Shown here piece by piece: positions 26,013 to 32,344 of a stretch of DNA of 32,344 nucleotides. This DNA comes from Thiotrichales bacterium (GTDB lineage: Bacteria; Pseudomonadota; Gammaproteobacteria; Thiomicrospirales; Thiomicrospiraceae): contig JALVTA010000124.1 of the NCBI GenBank assembly GCA_027036095.1, forward strand, positions 1 through 32,344, written 5' to 3'. Under the pieces are notes generated by a model, which saw only the letters and a list, made by a program, of their open reading frames with translations, searched no databases and had not been told where the DNA came from. Each line of letters begins with the position of its first letter. Position 1 is the first letter of the stretch. A program made the translations under genes and the position numbers.

Positions 26013-26264
26013 ATGAACGTCAACATTCTCTACTTCGCCAGCCTGCGCGAACAGCTGGGCACCGCCCAGGAGACGCTCACCACCGAGGCGGCCACCGTCG
26101 GCGCACTGCTGGAAGAACTGTGCAGTCGTGGTCCTCAGTGGCAGCAGGCCCTGTGTGACAACCCCCATCTGCAGATGGCGGTGGACCAGACCGTCGCCCA
26201 CCGGGACACGTCGCTGCGTGACGGTGCCGAGGTGGCCTTCTTCCCGCCGGTGACCGGAGGCTGA
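26013..26264 (+). CDS. moaD: Molybdopterin synthase sulfur carrier
   Basis: ILYFASLREQLG...VAFFPPVTGG; AGGAG SD before ATG 26013. Confidence 0.97.
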   Translation: MNVNILYFASLREQLGTAQETLTTEAATVGALLEELCSRGPQWQQALCDNPHLQMAVDQTVAHRDTSLRDGAEVAFFPPVTGG

Positions 26265-26265
26265 C

Positions 26266-26724
26266 ATGAGCGAGTGGGTGCGGGTGCAGACGGAAGACTT
26301 TGACCTGTCCACCGAGGTGGCACGCCTGCGGGCCGGCCGGGCCGACATCGGTGCGGTGGTCACCTTCGTGGGCACGGTGCGTGACATCAACCAGGGGGAT
26401 ACGGTGGCCACCCTGGAGCTGGAGCATTACCCGGGCATGACCGAGAAGGCGCTCAATGAGATCCGCGACGAGGCCCACCGTCGCTGGCATCTGGAAAACA
26501 GCCTCATCATCCATCGGGTCGGGCCCCTGCAGCCACAGGATCAGATCGTGCTGGTGGCCACCGCCAGCCGCCACCGGCAGGATGCCTTCGAGGCGGCCCA
26601 GTTCATCATGGACTACCTCAAGACCCGCGCGCCCTTCTGGAAGAAGGAGCAGACCCCGGACGGCCCCCGCTGGGTGGATGCCCGCGACAGTGACCGTGCC
26701 GCCGCCGAACGCTGGTCGCAATGA
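26266..26724 (+). CDS. moaE: Molybdopterin synthase catalytic subunit
   Basis: GAVVTFVGTVR, LEHYPGMTEK, MDYLKTRAPFWKKE. Confidence 0.98.
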   Translation: MSEWVRVQTEDFDLSTEVARLRAGRADIGAVVTFVGTVRDINQGDTVATLELEHYPGMTEKALNEIRDEAHRRWHLENSLIIHRVGPLQPQDQIVLVATASRHRQDAFEAAQFIMDYLKTRAPFWKKEQTPDGPRWVDARDSDRAAAERWSQ

Positions 26725-26831
26725 GTGCATCACCGAGAGGGCCCGTGCACAAACGCACGGCGCGCTTGCCGCAAACACCCGCCCTGCTCCGGATTACAAT
26801 CACGCCACAGTCTTGAACGAGAGAGGACCCC

Positions 26832-28037
26832 ATGCTGACCTTTGAACAGGCCTGGCAACAGCTGATGGACGCGGCCCGCCCCCTTGCCGACACCGAGACC
26901 GTGCCCCTTGCGGCGGCCCACGGTCGTGTGCTGGCCGAGGATATTGTTCCGGAGATGAATGTCCCGCCCCGGCCGGTGTCCACCATGGACGGCTACGCCC
27001 TGTGCGCGCTGGACTATGCCCCCGAGCGGCGCTTCGAGATCAGCCAGCGCATTCCGGCGGGCCATGCGCCCGAACCCCACAAAAAGGGCACTGCCGCGCG
27101 CATTTTCACCGGCGCCTTCGTGCCTGACAACGCCTTTGTGGTCATTCCCCAGGAAGAGGCGGTGACCCATGAGGATGGCACCGTCTCCTTCACCCCGCCG
27201 GCGGTCAAACCCTGGCAGAACATCCGCCGCACCGGCGAGGACATCGAAGCCGGCAAGGTGCTGCTGGAAGCCGGTACCCGCCTCAGGCCCCAGACGCTGG
27301 GGCTGATCGCCTCCATCGGCCGGGCGGAGGTGACCGTGTTCCGTCGGCTCAAGGTGGCCACCTTCACCACCGGGGATGAGCTGGTCATGCCCGGCCAGCC
27401 TCTGCAGGCAGGACAGATCTACAACTCCAACCGCTTTGTGCTCCACGCCCTGCTGGAAAAACTGGGGGTGGAGATCATCGACCTCGGGCAGGTGGAAGAC
27501 ACGCTGGAGGCCACCGTGGCCGCGCTGGCGCAGGCGGCGGAACGGGCGGATGTGATCCTCACCACCGGCGGGGTGTCGGTGGGGGAGGAGGATCATCTCA
27601 AACCGGCGGTGGAGCAGCTGGGGTCACTGGAGATGTGGAAAGTGAAGATGAAGCCGGGCAAGCCGCTGGCCTATGGCCAGGTGAAGGGCACACCCTTTGT
27701 CGGCCTGCCGGGCAATCCGGTCTCCGCCTTTGCCACCTTCCATCTGTTCGCCCAGTTTTTCCTGCGCGCCGCTGGCGGTGAACGGGTCGCCTTCCCGCAA
27801 CCTGTCCACGTCAGGGCGGGCTTTGAGCGCAGCCGCCCCGGCCCGCGCAGGGACTTTGCCCGCGCGCGGCTGGAAAACCGCGATGGCGAGACCTTCGCCG
27901 TGCTCTATCCCAACCAGGGCTCCGGGGTGCTGACCTCCGTGGAATGGGCCGAAGGCTTTGCCGTCATTCCCGAGGAGACAACCGTCTCCGAGGGCGACCG
28001 GATCGACTTCCACCCTTTTGCGAGACTGATGCCATGA
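26832..28037 (+). CDS. moeA: Molybdopterin molybdotransferase
   Basis: [35 protein letters not shown]. Confidence 0.97.
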   Translation: MLTFEQAWQQLMDAARPLADTETVPLAAAHGRVLAEDIVPEMNVPPRPVSTMDGYALCALDYAPERRFEISQRIPAGHAPEPHKKGTAARIFTGAFVPDNAFVVIPQEEAVTHEDGTVSFTPPAVKPWQNIRRTGEDIEAGKVLLEAGTRLRPQTLGLIASIGRAEVTVFRRLKVATFTTGDELVMPGQPLQAGQIYNSNRFVLHALLEKLGVEIIDLGQVEDTLEATVAALAQAAERADVILTTGGVSVGEEDHLKPAVEQLGSLEMWKVKMKPGKPLAYGQVKGTPFVGLPGNPVSAFATFHLFAQFFLRAAGGERVAFPQPVHVRAGFERSRPGPRRDFARARLENRDGETFAVLYPNQGSGVLTSVEWAEGFAVIPEETTVSEGDRIDFHPFARLMP

Positions 28038-28525
28038 GCGAGCTGACCCATATCGACGCGCGCGGCCAGGCGCGCATGGTGGATGTGACCGACAAGGCGG
28101 AGACCTTCCGCGAAGCCAGTGCGGAAGCGCGCATTCTCATGCAGCCGGAGACGCTGGCCATGATCACCGAGGGCCGGCACAAGAAGGGGGATGTGCTCGC
28201 CACCGCCCGCATCGCCGGCATCATGGCGGCCAAGAAGACCTGGGAGCTGATTCCCATGTGCCATCCGCTGCTGCTGACCTCCGTCAAGGTGGAGCTGACG
28301 CCTGAGTCGGGCACGCCTGCTGCCGTGCACATCGTGGCCACCTGCAAGCTCAAGGGCCAGACGGGCGTGGAGATGGAGGCGCTCACCGCTGCGTCCACCG
28401 CCGCGCTCACCCTGTATGACATGTGCAAGGCGGTGGATCGGGGCATGACCATCACCGACGTGCGCCTGCTGGAGAAAAAGGGCGGCAAGTCCGGCCACTG
28501 GGTGCGTCGGGACGATCAGGTCTAG
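28034..28525 (+). CDS. moaC: Cyclic pyranopterin monophosphate synthase
   Basis: LTHID...[33 protein letters not shown]; ATGA overlap with moeA. Confidence 0.98.
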   Translation: MSELTHIDARGQARMVDVTDKAETFREASAEARILMQPETLAMITEGRHKKGDVLATARIAGIMAAKKTWELIPMCHPLLLTSVKVELTPESGTPAAVHIVATCKLKGQTGVEMEALTAASTAALTLYDMCKAVDRGMTITDVRLLEKKGGKSGHWVRRDDQV

Positions 28526-28861
28526 ACCGTACGCCGCCCAGCCCTGCACAGGTAGCCCCGACGCAGGGATCTTGTGATGGTCTTCCCGGCGCTCAGGCCG
28601 CACCCATCTCTTAATGTCCATGAGCAGACGCCCTTTGCCCCGCTGGCGCCGCGACCACACGAGCAAGGGCGCCTGAGCGGCGGTGTTCCTGATCCTCTCC
28701 AGCCTTGGAGAGGGCGCCTGCCTCTTGAATGGTAAGCGGCGCAACTGACCCGCGACCACAGGCCCCCCATCCTGACGCTGCGTGGCTCCACCGCAAGCGC
28801 CCCGCGTCAGATCTGTCGTCACGGCCGCAGCGGCTGCAAACGGACCGCAACGGCCTGAAAC

Positions 28862-29042
28862 CACGGGGCCTCCCCCATTTTTGCCAACCGCTGCGCTGGC
28901 GGCGAAAAGCGCACCCTGCAAAATCGGGGGAGACCCCGTCGGAAAGGCTCGTTTGGGCGCTCTGCACCGTTTTTACGGCATTTTTCCGGTCCGCTTCCGG
29001 CGTGGTGGAAAGGCATCGGGCAAAAATGGGGGAGACCCCGTC
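28862..29042. repeat. Second cluster of the same 22-bp repeat: one + copy and two - copies
   Basis: 28862-28883 (+, CACGGGGCCTCCCCCATTTTTG), 28919-28940 (-), 29021-29042 (-, identical to the copy at 19429). Confidence 0.9.
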
Positions 29043-29078
29043 TTTCGGTTGGCCTGGCGGGAGCGACAGGTGTCGGAG

Positions 29079-29106
29079 AAAAGAAAACGCCCGCATGCGC
29101 GGGCGT
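29079..29106 (-). terminator. Intrinsic terminator of the EAL-HDOD gene
   Basis: ACGCCCGC-ATGC-GCGGGCGT stem with a T-rich tract on the minus strand. Confidence 0.75.
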
Positions 29107-29133
29107 CCGATCAAAGTCCGGGCGGCCGCCGAC

Positions 29134-30345
29134 TCAGCGAATGGTGCCAAGGATCTGTTGCGCCCAGGTGTTGGCCGTCATGTAGAACATGGAGATGTTC
29201 ATGATGTCCTGATCCTCGAACTGCAGGGAAGACCAGTCTGTGCTGCCCTGCTCGAGGCTGCGCACGATGCGCAGTGCCTGGCCCATGGCGCCTTCCATGT
29301 CGGTCAGCGCCTTTTTCATCGGCTCGGACAGGGGCAGCTGGTTGACCAGGTCCACCATGGGCAGGTGGAAGAAGGCGTTGAGGGTGGAGAACAGTCCCAC
29401 CAGGAAATAGCTGTCCTTCTCCTTTCTGTGCACGGTGTGTTCAGCCAGCACTTCAAGGAATTTGGCTCGAACCAGTGAGGTGGTCAGCAGCTCGGTGGGC
29501 ACGCCAGTGGCGCTGCTCAGCAGCATGACGCTGACCCAGAACTTGAGCCGCTTGAGCCCCATCAGCTTGACTGCATCTTCAATGCTTTCCACCTGACGGG
29601 GCAGATCGTTGGAAGGGTGGTTGATGGCCGAGAGCAGGTGGTGGCTCAGGGCCACATCGGTGCTGATGATCTCGGCCAGCTTGTCGAAGTCGGTGTCGTC
29701 CTTGTTGATCTCGGCCAGCAGCTGCAGCATGGAGGCTTCGTTGGCCCCCAGCTCCTTGTCGGCGGTAATGACGGGATTGGTGAAGTAGAAGCCCTGGAAC
29801 AGTTCGATGCCCTGATCGCGCAGCTGCTGGAACTGGGCCTCGTCCTCCACGTGGGTGACGATGACGGTGTGGCTGTCTCTGAGGGCGGCATGCACGTCTG
29901 CCAGGCGCTCGCCCAGCTGCTTGCGGTTGAGTTTGACGAATTTGGCGATGGGCAGCAGCTTGGCGTTGACTTCATCCGGCTCGTAGTCGGCCAGACACAG
30001 ACTGTGGCCCGCCTTGGCCAGTGCCTTCAGACCGTCCAGCGCCCCTTTGTGCTTGAGCAGGCTCTTGTCGAACTCGATGACCAGCTTTTGGGGGGCGGAC
30101 AGAGGCGGGACGGTCTGGGTGGCCAGCAGGGTGTGCGGTGCCCGGTAGAAGCAGTAGTTGGGGCCGGCCAGGGTGTCGAGGCCGACGGAGGCATCCAGTT
30201 CCTTGAACAGATCCTGCGCCTCGTCCTGCCAAGCCTGGTCGGTCAGCTGGGCCGCACCGATGGGCTCCAGGCTGTAGGTGTAGCTCCAGAGAGTCTGATT
30301 CTGATCCAGAATGGGCTGCTTGTTGCAGAGGATGTGACGTTCCAT
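29134..30345 (-). CDS. EAL-like + HDOD domain signalling protein (YuxH/CdgJ-like), degenerate
   Basis: N-terminal QPILD; VEDEAQF...GIELFQGFYF; HDOD-like C-terminus (DVALSHHLLSAIN, RAKFLE, FLVGLFS). Confidence 0.8.
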   Translation of the reverse strand: MERHILCNKQPILDQNQTLWSYTYSLEPIGAAQLTDQAWQDEAQDLFKELDASVGLDTLAGPNYCFYRAPHTLLATQTVPPLSAPQKLVIEFDKSLLKHKGALDGLKALAKAGHSLCLADYEPDEVNAKLLPIAKFVKLNRKQLGERLADVHAALRDSHTVIVTHVEDEAQFQQLRDQGIELFQGFYFTNPVITADKELGANEASMLQLLAEINKDDTDFDKLAEIISTDVALSHHLLSAINHPSNDLPRQVESIEDAVKLMGLKRLKFWVSVMLLSSATGVPTELLTTSLVRAKFLEVLAEHTVHRKEKDSYFLVGLFSTLNAFFHLPMVDLVNQLPLSEPMKKALTDMEGAMGQALRIVRSLEQGSTDWSSLQFEDQDIMNISMFYMTANTWAQQILGTIR

Positions 30346-30467
30346 GGAGGTGTCGCCCTTTTTTCTATGGTTATGATGACAATTTGAACAAATTATAGAG
30401 GGATTGGCCGGAGGGATTCATAAAGGATTTGAAAGGCGCAATCAGAGAAATATTGGGGTGGGGCGGC

Positions 30468-31157
30468 TCAGCGCCGTGCCGGTGAGAGCCAGCGCCACAG
30501 ATTGAACAGGCTGGCCAGTGACTGGGCGGCATAGGTCCAGGCACAGGCACGCAGAATACGCTTCAGCGCCCGCCGGTCGGCGGCATCGAAACGGCCGGTC
30601 TCCACCAGCCAGGGCAGGGCGCGGTTGAAACTGGCATCCCATTCTACGGTGAAGGTGCGCAGGTGAATCAGCACCGGCACTCCCATGGCGATGAAGCCGG
30701 CGGTAAAACTGAGCGCCGCCGCAACGGGCGTATGGGCCAGTACCGTCAGCACCGGGGCGGCCAGCAGTGCCCCGCCGGCCAGTCGGTGCAGCCAGCGCGC
30801 CCGTTCGATCAGCGTCATGCGTTCAAGGAAGGCTTCATCACCTGTCAGGTGCTGATGGGCATGGGCCACCTCATGGGCGGCCACCGCCAGGGCGGTCAGG
30901 GAGGGTGTGGCATAATAGGCGCGGCTCAGGCGCACCGTGCGCGTGACAGGATCATAGTGGTCCGGGCCGTCATGGGCTTCTACCCGCACCTGTTCCGTCA
31001 GCCCGTGCCGCTTCAGCAGCCAGGCGGCAAATTCGCCACCACCGCCCGGCAGATCCGGCCGTGGCCGGTTGTGGCGGCGCAGCTGCCATGTCGCCCACCA
31101 CCCGGGCAGCTGGCTGGCCAGCGCCAGCAGAATGAAGACCATCACCCCGTAATCCAT
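30468..31157 (-). CDS. Membrane neutral zinc metallopeptidase (YugP / Zn_peptidase_2 family)
   Basis: DHYDP, AVAAHEVAHAHQH (HExxH), VEWDASFNRA, ACAWTYAA; start ATG 31157. Confidence 0.88.
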   Translation of the reverse strand: MDYGVMVFILLALASQLPGWWATWQLRRHNRPRPDLPGGGGEFAAWLLKRHGLTEQVRVEAHDGPDHYDPVTRTVRLSRAYYATPSLTALAVAAHEVAHAHQHLTGDEAFLERMTLIERARWLHRLAGGALLAAPVLTVLAHTPVAAALSFTAGFIAMGVPVLIHLRTFTVEWDASFNRALPWLVETGRFDAADRRALKRILRACAWTYAAQSLASLFNLWRWLSPARR

Positions 31158-31170
31158 AGAAGGCAATTAT

Positions 31171-31977
31171 ATGGAATGGCTCCAGTGGCAACCGCTTGTC
31201 ATCTATCTGCTCACCGGTGCGGTGGTGGGCGTGCTGGCCGGGCTGTTCGGCGTGGGCGGCGGCCTGCTGGTGGTGCCGGTGCTCACCAGCGTGTTTGCCT
31301 GGACGCTGGGTGACAATCCCCACATCACCCATCTGGCCATCGGCACCTCGCTGGCCACCATTCTGGTTACCTCGCTGGCTTCGGTACGCGCCCATCACAA
31401 TCACGGAGCGGTGGACTGGACGCTGGTGCGCTCGCTGGCAGCGGGCATTTTCATGGGCGCTTTCGTGGGGGGCTGGAGCAGCCAGTTCATCCCGGCCCGG
31501 GAGCTGGCGTGGCTGTTCGCCGGGCTGGAAGCGGCCATCGCCCTCTATCTGCTGCTGGCCATTCAGCCCAAGCCGCACCGGCAGCTGCCCGGTCCCGCGG
31601 GGCGGACGCTGGCCGGTGCGGTCATTGGCTTTCTCGCTTCCCTGGTGGGCATTGGCGGCGGCACGCTCACCACACCCTGGCTGGTGTGGCACAACGTGCC
31701 CATGCACAAGGCCATCGCCGTCTCCGCCGCCTGCAGCCTGCCGGTGGCAGCGGCGGGTACACTCGGCTATCTGCTGGGCGGTCTGCATGCCGAAGGGTTG
31801 CCGCCGGGGGCGACCGGCTATCTCTACTGGCCGGCCTTTGTCGGCATCGTGGTGGCCAGCAGCCTGACCGCCCGCTTCGGCGCGAAGCTGGCGCACCGCC
31901 TGCCGCCGAAGCCCCTCAAGCGCGCCTTCGGCGCCTTTCTGCTGCTGCTGGCGGCCAAGATGGCCATCTGGGGATAG
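31171..31977 (+). CDS. TauE/SafE-family sulfite exporter (TSUP)
   Basis: AGLFGVGGGLLVVP and SLVGIGGG repeats; AIGTSLA; about 8 TM helices. Confidence 0.9.
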   Translation: MEWLQWQPLVIYLLTGAVVGVLAGLFGVGGGLLVVPVLTSVFAWTLGDNPHITHLAIGTSLATILVTSLASVRAHHNHGAVDWTLVRSLAAGIFMGAFVGGWSSQFIPARELAWLFAGLEAAIALYLLLAIQPKPHRQLPGPAGRTLAGAVIGFLASLVGIGGGTLTTPWLVWHNVPMHKAIAVSAACSLPVAAAGTLGYLLGGLHAEGLPPGATGYLYWPAFVGIVVASSLTARFGAKLAHRLPPKPLKRAFGAFLLLLAAKMAIWG

Positions 31978-32042
31978 CCCTTCAGCAGGCAGAAAAATTT
32001 TTTATCCTGTCAAATCAGTCACATGCGTGATTTTCCGCCAGC

Positions 32043-32105
32043 TTATCCACAGGGTTTATCCAGAGGTTATCCACAGGCGGGCTTTGCCAGTGTGAGTTAT
32101 TCACA
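32043..32105 (+). promoter_or_regulatory. DnaA-box cluster (dnaA autoregulation and/or oriC)
   Basis: TTATCCACA 32043-51, TTATCCAGA 32056-64, TTATCCACA 32067-75, TTATTCACA 32097-105. Confidence 0.85.
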
Positions 32106-32113
32106 GCTATAAT
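32084..32113 (+). promoter_or_regulatory. dnaA promoter
   Basis: TTGCCA, 18 bp, TATAAT, with a DnaA box inside the spacer. Confidence 0.65.
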
Positions 32114-32187
32114 CCCACCCATCCTTCGCCGTAACCGGCACCCGGACGCGACCCGCCATAACAGAACAGAAAACAGAGGAGCGCACC

Positions 32188-32344
32188 TTGAGTCACATCT
32201 GGTCCGAAAGTCTCGAACGGCTGCGGGACACCCTGCCGGAAGTCCAGTTCAACATGTGGATCAACGCCCTGCAGGCCCGGGAAGAGGGCAACACGCTGCG
32301 TCTGCTGGCCCCGACCGCCCAGGTGCAGGACTGGATCAGCCGCA
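32188..32344 (+). CDS. dnaA: Chromosomal replication initiator DnaA (3'-partial)
   Basis: TTG start after GAGGAG SD. MSHIWSESLERLRDTLPEVQFNMWINALQA...LRLLAPTAQVQDWI aligns ungapped to DnaA domain I. Not in the ORF track. Confidence 0.93.
   Translation, partial: MSHIWSESLERLRDTLPEVQFNMWINALQAREEGNTLRLLAPTAQVQDWISR

Noticed and set aside
28522-29478. ORFs over the repeat regions (also 19326-20098) sharing KMGETPS/DGVSPIF peptides
   Set aside because: The shared peptides are translations of the DNA repeat in different frames and strands; no SD or domain signal.
32091-32105. CRP-like site TGTGA...TCACA
   Set aside because: The spacer is 5 bp rather than 6, and the right half is a DnaA box.

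Overview
Core-genome window of a GC-rich sulfur-oxidizing gammaproteobacterium. Thiomicrospira/Hydrogenovibrio/Sulfurivirga-like is an inference from the stand-alone soxCD and the protein sequences. 1-14.2 kb holds the 3' part of tuf and the S10-spc-alpha ribosomal cluster through rplQ, without rpmJ. Then come tatD-family and tcdA-like genes (+); DUF2927, uvrA, aroE and hemB (-); an acidic hypothetical; soxCD; moaA-moaD-moaE-moeA-moaC; a degenerate EAL-HDOD gene; a Zn peptidase divergent from a TauE/SafE exporter; a DnaA-box cluster; and the 5' end of dnaA. The most unusual signal is non-coding: a 22-bp partly palindromic repeat (GACGGGGTCTCCCCCATTTTTG) forming two intergenic arrays (19.35-19.77 kb and 28.86-29.04 kb). 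The period is ~102-112 bp, the spacers are unique, a second motif recurs at +52/53, and one pair is inverted. No cas or transposase gene is nearby. Also notable: a ModE-like palindrome over the moaA start, a 13-bp divergent gene gap with a possible bidirectional leaderless promoter, dnaA lacking its rpmH neighbour, and ribosomal operons pointing toward the dnaA/DnaA-box region.
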